Of a DNA stretch of 64,000 bases, positions 13,701 to 26,798 are shown piece by piece. The translations under genes and the position numbers were made by a program. How positions within the stretch are numbered: the stretch's first letter is position 1; every line of letters begins with the position of its first letter. The notes beneath the pieces were generated by a model. The model was not told the origin of the DNA and did not search any database. It saw only the letters and a program-made list of their open reading frames with translations. Source of the stretch: Macrostomum hystrix (taxonomy: Eukaryota > Animalia > Platyhelminthes); the NCBI GenBank assembly GCA_950097015.1, contig CATNEN010000003.1, forward strand, positions 9,796,001-9,860,000, written 5' to 3'.

Positions 13701-16700
13701 AAGAATCTCAGATCCCTATCCTAAGAATCTCAGATCCCTATCCCAAGAATCTCAGATCCCTATCCTAAGAATCGCAGATCCCTATCCCAAGAATCGCAGA
13801 TCCCTATCCTAAGAATCGCAGATCCCTATCCCAAGAATCTCAGATCCCTATCTCAAGAATCGCAGATCCCTATCCCAAGAATCTCAGATCCCTATCCCAA
13901 GAATCTCAGATCCCTATCCCAAGAATCTCAGATCCCTATTCCAAGAATCTCACATCCCTATCCTAAGAATCGCAGATCCCTATCTCAAGAATCGCAGATC
14001 CCAATCCCAAGAATGCCAGATCCCTATCTTAAGAATCTCAGATCCCTATTACAAGAATCTCAGATCCCTATTACAAGAATCTCAGATCCCTAATACAAGA
14101 ATCTCAGATCCCTATTACAAGAATCTCAGATCCCTATCCTAAGAATCTCAGATCCCTATCCTAAGAATCGCAGATCCCTATCCCAAGAATCGCAGATCCC
14201 TATCCCAAGAATCTCAGATCCCTATCCTAAGAATCTCAGATCCCTATCTTAAGAATCTCAGATCCCTATTACAAGAATCTCAGATCCCTATTACAAGAAT
14301 CGCAGATCCCTATCCCAAGAATCGCAGATCCCTATCTCAAGAATCGCAGATCCCAATCCCAAGAATGCCAGATCCCTATCTTAAGAATCTCAGATCCCTA
14401 TTACAAGAATCTCAGATCCCTATTACAAGAATCTCAGATCCCTATTACAAGAATCTCAGATCCCTATTACAAGAATCTCAGATCCCTATCCTAAGAATCT
14501 CAGATCCCTATCCTAAGAATCGCAGATCCCTATCCCAAGAATCGCAGATCCCTATCCCAAGAATCGCAGATCCCTATCCCAAGAATCTCAGATCCCTATC
14601 CCAAGAATCGCAGATCCCTATCCTAAGAATCTCAGATCCCTATCCCAAGAATCTCACATCCCTATCCCAAGAATCTCAGATCCCTATCCCAAGAATCTCA
14701 CATCCCTATCCTAAGAATCTCAGATCCCTATCCTAAGAATCTCAGATCCCTATCCCAAGAATCTCACATCCCTATCCTAAGAATCTCAGATCCCAATCCC
14801 AAGAATCTCACATCCCTATCCCAAGAATCGCAGATCCCTATCCCAAGAATCGCAGATCCCTATCCTAAGAATCTCAGATCCCTATCCCAAGAATCTCACA
14901 TCCCTATCCCAAGAATCTCACATCCCTATCCTAAGAATCTCAGATCCCTATCCCAAGAATCTCACATCCCTATCCTAAGAATCTCAGATCCCTATCCCAA
15001 GAATCTCACATCCCTATCCTAAGAATCTCAGATCCCTATCCCAAGAATCTCACATCCCTATCTTCTCGCAGATCCCTATCCCAAGAATCGCAGATCCCTA
15101 TCTCAAGAATCGCAGATCCCTATCTCAAGAATCGCAGATCCCAATCCCAAGAATCTCAGATCCCTATCCTAAGAATCTCAGATCCCTATCCTAAGAATCT
15201 CAGATCCCTATCCCAAGAATCTCACATCCCTATCCTAAGAATCTCAGATCCCTATCCCAAGAATCTCACATCCCTATCCTAAGAATCTCAGATCCCTATC
15301 CCAAGAATCTCACATCCCTATTTTCTCGCAGATCCCTATCCCAAGAATCGCAGATCCCTATCTCAAGAATCGCGAATCCCTATCTCAAGAATCGCAGATC
15401 CCAATCCCAAGAATCTCAGATCCCTATCCTAAGAATCCTAAATCTTGTAACATAAAGATCCCAGATCCCAGTTCTCAAACAGAGGATCTTAACAATCGCA
15501 GTCACTTACCCAACAATGGGCGAATCCGGTGCATGTCGCTTGTTCCTAATTGAGCACTCTCTGTTAGCCTTCTCCATTAGCTGGTGATACCGTCTCTGCA
15601 TTGACTGGCACACATCGGAAGCAACTGGCGAGTGTTTAACAGTAGCCAATAGAGCCTGCCATTGTTCAGACTCAACAATGTGAACAATAGCCGGAGCAAT
15701 ATCGTCAACTAGGACGAATTCCAGTAGCTCCAGAATGGCAGAGTGTACCATATTGTATCGGACACCGTTTCTGGTTAATAACTCAAGCACCGGGTCAAAC
15801 ATCCGCCTCTGCCTAATGAGGCAACGATGATAAAGATCATCTTTAGTGGCTATGAATCTGCGCAGTAAGCGTATGGCGCTCAATGCTAGAAAAGTGTGCC
15901 TCGAGCGCAATAGAATAAGCGAATGTTCCATCAGATCGCTGGTTAATAGTACACCGCGAAAATGATTAGCGTGCTGCTCGGCTGAGAACACGGCCAAGCT
16001 AAGTATGCAGTGCTGCAATTGTGCCATGCGATAGCTGTCATTTAGTGGACCCTGGTTAGTACTGTCTGCATTATCATCAGGCAATGGCGTGTTGGATATC
16101 AGCGGTTTCATGAGACGCGGCATGACTCGCTGATAGAAATAGCGAAGAAATTCAGGCTTGACAGGAGTCGAACGAACCGGGCAGAGAAGCTGCGTGTGGG
16201 ATAGGTATGGGGTCCTTAACTGTCTCCGATTTCGATTCCGATCATCTAGTTCCTATATTTCCTCGTTTTAAGTCCAGATCGTAAAAACAAAAACTATATT
16301 CTTAATTTTAAATAAAATTCAAATTATAACCTAGATTTTAAATAACCTGGTTCAGCTCAAAATCATCTAATCTAGATTCCAAAAAACCACGTTAAGATTT
16401 TATATAACAATACTGGTACTAAATGACATAATCCGGATCCTAAATCTCATAATCCGGATCCTAAATCTCATAATCCGGATCCTAAATCTCATAATCCGGA
16501 TCCTAAATCTCATAATCCGGATCCTAAATCTCATAATCCGGATCCTAAATGACATAATCCGGATCCTAAATTTCATAATCCGGATCCTAAATCTCATAAT
16601 TAATCCAGATCCTAAATCTCATAATCCGGATCCTAAATCTCATAATCCGGATCCTAAATCACCTTATCCCGATGCTAAATCACCTTATCCAGATGCTAAA

Positions 16701-19700
16701 TCACCTTATCCTGATGCTAAATCACCTTATCCTGATGCTAAGTCACCTTATCCAGATGCTAAATCACCTTATCCAGATACTAAATCACCTTATCCAGATG
16801 CTAAATCACCTTATCCAGATACTAAATTACCTTATCCAGATGCTAAATCACCTTATCCTGATGCTAAATCACCTTATCCAGATGCTAAATCACCTTATCC
16901 AGATGCTAAATCACCTTATCCAGATGCTAAATCACCTTATCCTGATGCTAAGTCACCTTATCCAGATGCTAAATCACCTTATCCAGATGCTAAGTCACCT
17001 TATCCAGATGCTAAGTCACCTTATCCAGATGTTAAATCACCTTATCCTGATGCTAAGTCACCTTATCCAGATGCTAAATCACCTTATCCAGATGCTAAGT
17101 CACCTTATCCAGATGCTAAGTCACCTTATCCAGATGTTAAGTCACCTTATCCAGATGCTAAGTCACCTTATCCAGATGCTAAATCACCTTATCCAGATGT
17201 TAAATCACCTTATCCTGATGCTAAATCACCTTATCCAGATGCTAAATCACCTTATCCAGATACTAAATCACCTTATCCAGATGCTAAATCACCTTATCCA
17301 GATACTAAATCACCTTATCCAGATGCTAAATCACCTTATCCAGATGCTAAATCACCTTATCCAGATGCTAAATCACCTTATCCTGATGCTAAATCACCTT
17401 ATCCAGATACTAAGTCACCTTATCCAGATGCTAAATCACCTTATCCAGATGCTAAATCACCTTATCCAGATGCTCTATCATCTTATCTGGATCCCAAATC
17501 ACTGAAATCAAATTTCTAAAGAAATGGAAATCGCATAGTCAAGATCTAAACATATAAAACTCAGATCGCAAAGCATGCCTCTCAAATCCTTAATTTTCAA
17601 AATTCAGACTTCACGACTACATTAAAAAAAGCTTTAAAGAACTAACTGCAAGTCACTCACACTGCCAGCAGGATTTGTGAGTGCCGCATCGGGGTCCAGC
17701 AGGGCCCGAATCAAACAGGTCAGCCGATGAGCCTCAGACATCTCCGGATCAGTGTCCTGACGCATCCGATCCACTAGGCGATTGAGCAGCATCTCAGAGT
17801 CTGGTCTCTGGCTTATCAATGCTACCCTCAGTATATAGTCGCGCAGCAGAGGAGCAGAATGATCAACCAGGCACTGTCGGCGGTTAGAGAAACGATTCGA
17901 CTCGAAATTTTACTTATAACAAGCAATCTGGGATCTGGGATCTTAACTCTGAGATCCGGGGTAGAACTAGGGAATTTATGATTGAACTCTGGGATCAGGA
18001 TTGGAACTAGGTGATTTATGATTGAACTCTGGGATCAGGATTGGAACTAGGGGATTTATGATTCAACTCTGGGATCAGGATTGGAACTATGGGATTTATG
18101 ATTGAACTCTGGGATCAGGATTGGAACTAGGTGATTTATGATTCAACTCTGGGATCAGGATTGGAACTAGGGGATTTATGATTGAACTCTGGAATCAGGA
18201 TTGGAACTAGGGGATTTATGATTCAACTCTGGGGTCAGGATTGGAACTATGGGATTTATGATTCAACTCTGGGATCAGGATTGGAACTAGGGGATTTATG
18301 ATTGAACTCTGGGATCAGGATTGGAACTATGTGATTTATGATTCAACTCTGGAATCAGGATTGGAACTAGGGGATTTATGATTCAACTCTGGGATCAGGA
18401 TTGGAACTAGGGGATTTATGATTGAACTCTGGGATCAGGATTGGAACTAGGTAATTTATGATTCAACTTTGGGATCAGGATTGGAACTAGGTGATTTATG
18501 ATTCAACTCTGGGATCAGGATTGGAACTATGGGATTTATGATTGAACTCTGGGATCAGGATTGGAACTATGGGATTTATGATTCAACTCTGGGATCAGGA
18601 TTGGAACTATGGGATTTATGATTGAACTCTGGGATCAGGATTGGAACTAGGTGATTTATGATTCAACTCTGGGATCAGGATTGGAACTATGGGATTTATG
18701 ATTGAACTCTGGGATCAGGATTGGAACTATGGGATTTATGATTCAACTCTGGGATCAGGATTGGAACTAGGGGATTTATGATTCAACTCTGGGATCAGGA
18801 TTGGAACTAGGGGATTTATGATTGAACTCTGGGATCAGGATTGGAACTATGGGATTTATGATTGAACTCTGGGATCAGGATTGGAACTAGGTGATTTATG
18901 ATTCAACTCTGGAATCAGGATTGGAACTAGGGGATTTATGATTGAACTCTAGGATCAGGATTGGAACTATGGGATTATGACTGAATTTTACTATCAGGAT
19001 TAGAAGAACTCAGAATAAATTATAGAAACTTAAGACAAGGATTAGAAAAATAATTTGGATTTTTGTGATTAGGGTAATAAACAATAAAACTAAAAAAAAT
19101 GCAGACCTGTAGCACATCGGTAGCGGCAGCCCCAATTTGAGCACAGGACTCAGCCGCTTTAAACATACTACTCAAAGCGTCTAATAAGCGTCCTCCTTCA
19201 AGCAGTCGCTCCTGCAGCGAAGCCAATTCTCCAAGGCCGCACTGACCAGACGGGCAGCAGCAGCAGAGTTCTCGAAGGAATCTAGCCAGATCTAGCATTC
19301 GATTGCTGTGATTGGATTGCTGGCCCTGTACACCAACCTCTTCGTCGCATAGGCCGTCAAATAATTCGTTAATGAGTCCGTCATCGTGCACCACGTCTGA
19401 GGCGATTTTAAGTCGACCGGTTAGCACCATACCGCTTAGCTCCGACTGCTGACCGAAGCCAGCGGACGAGCCGCCGCCGCCCTCGCCGCGTAGGGCCAGG
19501 GTGAGAAATTGAACATCGTCTAGCGGACTAGGCGGCGGCAGAGCCGAGTCCAGCAGATACTGCAGCCGGTATTGGCGCCGGATGCGTTCAGCGAGGCCGG
19601 GTTGACTATCGAAGGCTAGGACGTGGCGCGGACTGGAGGCTGCGCCGAGGACGAAATCTCGATGCCGCACGCGACCAGAGGGTCGATATTCCAGCATGCC

Positions 19701-22700
19701 AAAGGTGGCTAGTAGCCTCTCATCCGACATTGTGAGATCTTCTAAAAGGCGACGATTATTCAGCATCAGAAGGCAGGTGATCAATTCGTACAGCTGATGC
19801 AGGCAAGCGGAGTCGCCACGTGCTTCGGCTCTATAAAAGTGACAAAGTTGATTTTTTGGATTTAAAACAGGCAAGTCAGTTTAGTAACGTTTCTTTTAGA
19901 TTATGAACGCTTAATAAAACTAGTGGATCTAGAAACCTAGTTTACTGAATTAAGAATCCTGGATTACTATATTTAAGAGAACTAGATTACTAGTATAAAT
20001 GGCCACTGGATTAGGAATACTATCCTAGACAACTGGATTAGGAATCCTGTCCTAGACAACTGGATTAGGAATCCTGTCCTAGACAACTGGACAAGGAATC
20101 CTATCCTAGACAACTGGATAAGGAATCCTATCCTAGACAACTGGATCAGGAATCCTGTCCTAGACAACTGGATTAGGAATCCTATCCTAGACAACTGGAT
20201 TAGGAATCCTGTCCTAGACAACTGGATTAGGAATCCTGTCCTAGACAACTGGATTAGGAATCCTGTCCCAGACAACTGGATTAGGAATCCTATCCTAGAC
20301 AACTGGATAAGGAATCCTATCCTAGACAACTGGATAAGGAATCCTATCCTAGACAACTGGATTAGGAATCCTGTCCTAGACAACTGGATTAGGAATCCTA
20401 TCCTAGACAACTGGATTAGGAATCCTATCCTAGACAACTGGATTAGGAATCATGTCCTAGACAACTGGATTAGGAATCCTGTCCTAGACAACTGGATTAG
20501 GAATCCTATCCTAGACAACTGGATTAGGAATCCTGTCCTAGACAACTGGATTAGGAATCCTGTCCTAGACAACTGGATTAGGAATCCTGTCCTAGACAAC
20601 TGGATTAGGAATCCTGTCCTAGACAACTGGATTAGGAATCCTGTCCTAGACAACTGGATTAGGAATCCTATCCTAGACAACTGGATTAGGAATCCTGTCC
20701 TAGACAACTGGATTAGGAATCCTATCCTAGACAACTGGATTAGGAATCCTATCCTAGACAACTGGATTAGGAATCCTATCCTAGACAACTGGATTAGGAA
20801 TCATGTCCTAGACAACTGGATTAGGAATCCTGTCCTAGACAACTGGATTAGGAATCCTATCCTAGACAACTGGATTAGGAATCCTGTCCTAGACAACTGG
20901 ATTAGGAATCCTGTCCTAGACAACTGGATTAGGAATCCTGTCCTAGACAACTGGATTAGGAATCCTGTCCTAGACAACTGGATTAGGAATCCTGTCCTAG
21001 ACAACTGGATTAGGAATCCTGTCCTAGACAACTGGATTAGGAATCCTGTCCTAGACAACTGGATTAGGAATCCTGTCCTAGACAACTGGATTAGGAATCC
21101 TGTCCTAGACAACTGGATTAGGAATCCTGTCCTAGACAACTGGATTAGGAATCCTGTCCCAGACAACTGGATTAGGAATCTTGTCCTAGACAACTGGATT
21201 AAGAATCCAAGACTACTGGATTAAGAATCCTAGACTACTAGATTAAGAATCCTGGAGTACTGGATTAAGAATCCTAGACTACTAGATTAAGAATCCTGAC
21301 TAAGAATCCTGATTAAGAATCTTCGGTTACTGGATTAAGAATCTTCGGTTACTGGATTAAGAATCTTCGGCTACTGGATTAAGAATCTTCGGTTACTGGA
21401 TTAAGAATCTTCGGCTACTGGATTAAGAATCTTTGGCTACTGGAATTAAGAATCTTCGGCTACTGGAATTAAGAATTCTTGGCAATTGGATTAAGAATCC
21501 ATGGCTACTGGATTGAGAATCCATGGCTACTGGATTTATAATCCTTGGCGACTGAATTAGGACTACTGGATTAAGTTTCCTGGATTACAGGATTAATTTT
21601 TCAGGACTACAGTATAGTATGGACTTGAGGACTATCGGATCAAGCATCCTTAATAACTGAATATAATAACGGACCACATAATAGGCAATAAGTGCTTACT
21701 CTGGGAATAATACGCAGCACAACCTTCGAGGATAATCGCGTCTAAGCGCCGAGTCGGCCAGCTGCATGGCGGCAATCATTGGCGACGGACACAGGCGAGA
21801 GGAAGCCAGCAATCTGACAGCTTCGGCCAGTCGGCCGGTCTCGCAAACCGGGAGTTCTACACCACCGCCGCCGAAGCCCCCAGTCAGACCAGGTGCGCCG
21901 CCGTCAGGTCCGACAACATAGTCGAATTCATCCGCATCGGCATCATCGTCGGCGACATCCTGGGTGACGTCAACGGATGGATCCTTGCCCTGGACCCAAC
22001 AGATGCGAGCCCAGACCTCTTCGCATCCTTCCTTTTCCTGCATTAATATTGATAGTGGAAATTTGCAGTGGCGACAAATTTAAAACTATTTTTTTCCACA
22101 CTGGCTTGCATTGCAGTGGGCAACTAACACGTAGAACCAGTATAAGGCCTCTACTAATTATTCCTATTTTTGGAAGGCCCTTCAGGTCCAGAAGAAAGGC
22201 ATAAGAAAATAAAGAAATTTAGGTCCTTTAGAAACACTGACCTTCGGGTCCTTGAGAATGGTACTGAACTCAATGTCGTTGAGAAACACTAACCTTCGGG
22301 TCGTTTAAAGGACAACTATACCTTCAGGTCCTTGAAAAGGCAACTATACCTTCATGTCCTTGAAAAGGCAACTATACCTTCAGGTCCCTGAGAAACACTG
22401 ACCTTCAGGTCCTTGAGAAGGCCACTAACTTCTAGGTCCTTGTATAGGCTTAAAACTTCAGGTCCTTAAAAACACTAGCTTTCCGGTCATTCAATGTCAT
22501 ATTTTTCAGGTCTTCTCGAGGCTACTAACTTTTCAGGGTCTTTCAAATCCAGTTAATAGGCAACGAACCTGAAAACTCAAAGCCAGGTCCAAAGACTCAG
22601 CTTCAGACCAGACAATGAGAGTCTCCTGCTGTTTCTGATAAGCTGTGTCCTGTTGAATGCGCGACTCTAACAGTGTTGATCCATCTAGCTCAGACACAAC

Positions 22701-22964
22701 CCACAGGCCAATGCCAGTTAGTCGTTCAATATAGGCCGAACTAACATAGCCTGTGCCTCGATCGTCCCATTGTCGATCGTCATTTAGTACATAGAGCTTT
22801 ACGCGACGCCTTAGATTAGCATTGCCACTGCCGCCACTGGTAGTGCTACCATTGGTAGCGGGTGCAGTGGTTGCGGGCTCGAATCCAGAGGCACCAGTTA
22901 GTACAACAGAAGCCAAAGCGCCAGCATGATCAGTTGTGTTATCAGCCACAGAATTAGTAGACAT
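10738..22964 (-). CDS. PPP4R3: Protein phosphatase 4 regulatory subunit 3 (SMEK/Psy2). Exons 22964-22569, 22037-21700, 19830-19107, 17873-17661, 16189-15510, 13003-12884, 11098-10738
   Basis: EVH1-like N-terminus [24 protein letters not shown]...[31 protein letters not shown]|[27 protein letters not shown]. Also [40 protein letters not shown] and an acidic C-tail. All junctions are GT-AG with matching phases (0,2,0,0,2,2). Confidence 0.93.
11184..12515. repeat. ~30-bp minisatellite (cagggaataagtgggtcattgtcaatggga) in PPP4R3 intron 6
   Basis: About 44 copies with 29-31 bp variants. Confidence 0.97.
13108..15440. repeat. 22-bp minisatellite (aagaatctcagatccctatcc) in PPP4R3 intron 5, with higher-order blocks
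   Basis: About 105 copies, period 22. Confidence 0.97.
16418..17495. repeat. Two abutting related 21-bp minisatellites (atccggatcctaaatctcata, then atccagatgctaaatcacctt) in PPP4R3 intron 4
   Basis: Period 21 throughout, with a unit switch near 16660. Confidence 0.97.
17960..18978. repeat. 40-bp minisatellite made of two diverged 20-bp halves, in PPP4R3 intron 3
   Basis: attgaactctgggatcagga + ttggaactaggggatttatg, about 25 copies. Confidence 0.97.
20006..21600. repeat. 27-bp minisatellite (ctggattaggaatcctgtcctagacaa) followed by a degenerate 22-bp array, in PPP4R3 intron 2
   Basis: Period 27 up to ~21200, then ggattaagaatcttcggctact-type units. Confidence 0.97.
22215..22480. repeat. Degenerate ~27-bp repeat (accttcaggtccttgaaaa) in PPP4R3 coding intron 1
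   Basis: Recurrent ccttcaggtcctt motif. Confidence 0.7.
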
Positions 22965-23907
22965 TTTAGAATTATTTTTCAGCTAAACAAATAGGAGATC
23001 GCTACTTTGATTTAGCCAACAAAATCGAGAAAACTAAGTCCTTGGTCTAGAAGCCTCATATGGAGAGGTAATTCTACTGTGACTTAGATGTTGCTTCTGT
23101 TCCAAGGCTGAAAAACAGCAGTGGGTGTAAAGTTTAGCTGACAGTTTTATCTTCAACAAAATGAAGTCATATAATAGTTTTTCATTTTAAAGATTTTTCT
23201 AATGAGAAAGATAATTTGTGCTTAAATAATAAAAGAACAAGAAAAATAAATTTGTGTCTCTTGTGCTCTAGTTGTTTCCAAGTTTAAGGCTTGGAAAAAC
23301 TTGTTTTAACTATAAAACAAAAGTTTTCAAAGTTAGAACAGTACCACCCTCCCCACCCCTCCTCACATCGTGTTGGCACCTATCTTTCAACACTTATAAT
23401 GAAATCAGTTTTGACAACTCTTTTTGATAATTTAGAGTGTGAAGTGTGTTCACACCTCTGCCCTATCACCCCACCCTCACTTTATTGATGATGAACTAAC
23501 CAAACTTTAAAGCATGCCAATTGGCTGGATGATAAAGTGTCCTACCTTCCAAGTGGATGACAAAGGTGTAAGATGACAAAGTTGAAAGATGATGAAGTGT
23601 CTAGGATCTGGTAGGCCTAACAACTGCTTTGGTCATATCTTACAATATTTTACAATAATATCTTACAATTGCAATGCAATCATTAACTTTACTGAAGTAA
23701 TTGTTATTAAAGTGAAAAATAATTGATATTAAGCAATACTTTACACACAAAAATGTGTGCATCTTTGTACAATTTATTTTCTCCTTTGTCTGTCACAATT
23801 TAAACTTAGGCCCTATATTTATGCATAGGCCTATGAATATATACACAGTAAACTTTAGTGCTTTCTTCTAATTCTCAATTCCGTTGATAAATACCCACAC
23901 TAAATAG

Positions 23908-24501
23908 GGTAACAGGACAATTCGGTAACAGACAATTCGGTAACAGACAGTTCGGTAACACCACAGGACAGTTCGGTAACACCACAGGACAGTTCGGTAA
24001 CATATCAAGGGACAGTTCGGTAACAATTGATTAAACTGGATCGGAAGGGTTTTTTGCGAAATTATTTTATATTTAGTTTGGTAAAGTTACAAAGTAAAGT
24101 CAATAGCACTTCGAACCATATTTAGCTTTTCGAAATATGAGTATGAGCATGAGGTTGCATTTTGCATGTTACATATTTCACATTTGGGCGTCAAATAGCG
24201 ACAATGTACCGTCATCAAGTCATTCATACAGATATCAGTGAGGCCAAATTTCGTGTGATCACACAATTTGCACTAATTTTTCATCCCTTTGTACATCCCT
24301 TTGAACGAGCCTTTACCCTACTTGCACACTCTAAATGACGTGTCAGTTTCAGATACATCAGTAACATCAGTCAGTTGTGTCCTAGCAACGATAGTAGATA
24401 CATTGTTAGAACAAACCTAGATTGATTTTATTGACTTTCAATTGTTACCGAACTGTCCTTGAGTGTTACCGAACTGTCTGTTACCGAACTGTCCTGTATT
24501 C
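23908..24501. mobile_element. Non-autonomous DNA transposon (foldback/MITE) with repeat-built TIRs and an 8-bp TSD
   Basis: Left-arm gacagttcggtaaca repeats are mirrored by right-arm tgttaccgaactgtc repeats. Identical flanks ctaaatag at 23900-23907 and 24502-24509. Confidence 0.9.
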
Positions 24502-26099
24502 CTAAATAGTTATTGGGCTAAGTGACCAATAAAAGCTTGACTTCAAAATAAACACCTTCAACATTACATTTCACATTTCCTTTTTTACATTAGACCTAAA
24601 GACCACATGATAATATAACTATAAATAAATCACAAAGTATTTTTAGCCATTTTTAATGTATGGCTATGCTTTGCTATAGGCCTACACCAGAATAAACTAG
24701 GCCTAACCTACACCTGGCATGCGTACTTATAGTTATACATAGGCCCTAATTAAAACCTTGGGCTTTTGCCGCTTTAACAAGTTTCCTACAGATTTATAGG
24801 CCCCTAGCATAAAACTGTTCGGTATATCTTCGGTATAATATATGTTACGTACATAAGAGCATATGCTACTACTGTATCTCAGCAATGTTCTTAGCTAGCT
24901 GAAATTTACATCACTTTATTAAATTAGACCTAGGCCTATTACATCATATATGGATGCACATTGCACTGTGAACCTGTCATAAAGTCATACTTGTACTAGC
25001 TACTTTGTCTTGATAGGCCTAGCCATGCACTTCGGTAACAACCACTTTTGTAACGAATGATAAGATTTGATCTGATTTTGTTTTTTTTAAGTACATAGCT
25101 TAATGACATGCATGCATGCAGGCCTTGGACTAGTGAACAACAAAAATATAATATTTCAATTTTTCGGAAAAATGTACTAAGTGAATAAAGTATAACTAAA
25201 GCACAATAAATGCTAAGCATCAAATATAAAAAAATTGTGGTTAACTAAAGAGAAACATAATAAAAAATGTATTTACATAAGTGAGAGCAAGAAAATTGTG
25301 GTTATTATATTTTAAAGCTAGAGTATCCAAAAGCGATGAACTGTCCCAAGCTGTACAGGAAAATGTTCTCCGCTATACGCGATATGCACAAAAATGCATG
25401 CATCTACTAAAGTATCTTCTACAATAGTAAAGTTCATATCCAGCTTTTTTGGATATGCAAAAGGCAATTTAACTGTTCAAGTATAATTTTCTTTTGCAAA
25501 AATGCTTAAAATATACATAACGTATAAACTTAGGCACAGGTGGTACAACAAATTCGATAACACGCTGCACATATTAAAAGCAATCGGTCGCTATGGTTAA
25601 AATAATTTCCTGACAGGATTCATTTGCAATGACCTTTTCAACAATGAGACTCTTTCGATTGTTTCAGTGTTTCAATTTGATCTAGCGCGTGGACTATCCA
25701 TGCATGTGGCATTACGATTGCATGCGGTGAAGTCCAGTTGCGAATCCTGGTCCTCCCTGATTTACATGGAGGGTTATTAAATGCAGTAGAGCAAGTCCGA
25801 AATGTGGTTATACATTTATTCATGCATGCGTAAAAAGCATGATTGTCTGCATATTTAATCAAATTGATTATTATTGGAATCGATTGGAAATCGTTGCTTT
25901 TTCAAAAGGGCTCTCTAAAAATATCAGGCTTTTTTTACATTCAGGCATAATTTAAATTACAGTAGTTCAGAGTTCATTGACATATTTCAGTCATGACCTA
26001 GCTACATTTACATTAAATTTAACTATATACTTCAGATGATTTGACTTCAATTGTGACGAAATACTGTATCTATGCCGTTACGCGAAACAACGCTAGTTG

Positions 26100-26798
26100 T
26101 GTACATCTTGACGAACTTGACCCATGCAGTTCGGGTGGCTCTCAATGGCGTTACCAACGCTGGTGTCGGCGAATTCCAACATGCGACGTTCACCAGCGAC
26201 ACGGTTGAACAGGGCGACTCGACACGACCAGCGCTGCACACAGAGCAACAGGCAGTGTAGCTTTGAGTTCGTAAAAGCGTCAGTGATGCATTATGATGGA
26301 CTGATGTTGCCCAGCTTCAGAAAATATGTCTTTTTAAAATAGTGACTGTTCGGTGTCGCAATAGGCTGGCAGACAACAAACGTTTTATCCGCATCAGCTG
26401 ACCTGTCTCGCAAGCCATCGGCGCTGATTGCCAGAAAGTCGTCCTCTTTCTTAGACCGTTTTCGTAATGTCGGCTTCCATGAGTCACTGTTGTTGAGTAC
26501 AGGAAACAGAGACCCGTTGGCGAATCTCCAACCACACCATGACTTCCCAGCCTCCACCAGTAGGTCCGTCACTCCGATCAAGTAGATCAAGTTCCAGTGA
26601 TTCACAGCTCGGATGGAAGCCAGGTCCATCAGCAGCTCCCGCCGATATCCTGACACCGTCTGGCTGCATCGCACTAGCTGTCGATATTCGAGTCGTTACC
26701 GATGAAGACGCAGCTTCCGAACGGTCACTGAAAGGACTGACGCAGGATCCGGTCACCAGCCCGGCAAGCACAAGCAAGAGTTTTACCTGGCGTGTCAT
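26100..26798 (-). pseudogene. C-type lectin-PAN family pseudogene
   Basis: Homologous pieces (MTRQVKLLLVLAGLVTGSCVSPFSDR; ELLMDL..AVNHW..IGVTDLL..WRFANG; LKLGNISPS*; WVKFVK) are split across frames by indels and stops. Confidence 0.9.

Noticed and set aside
11322-21193. Long periodic ORFs ([26 protein letters not shown] and others)
   Set aside because: They are translations of intronic minisatellites within the PPP4R3 model
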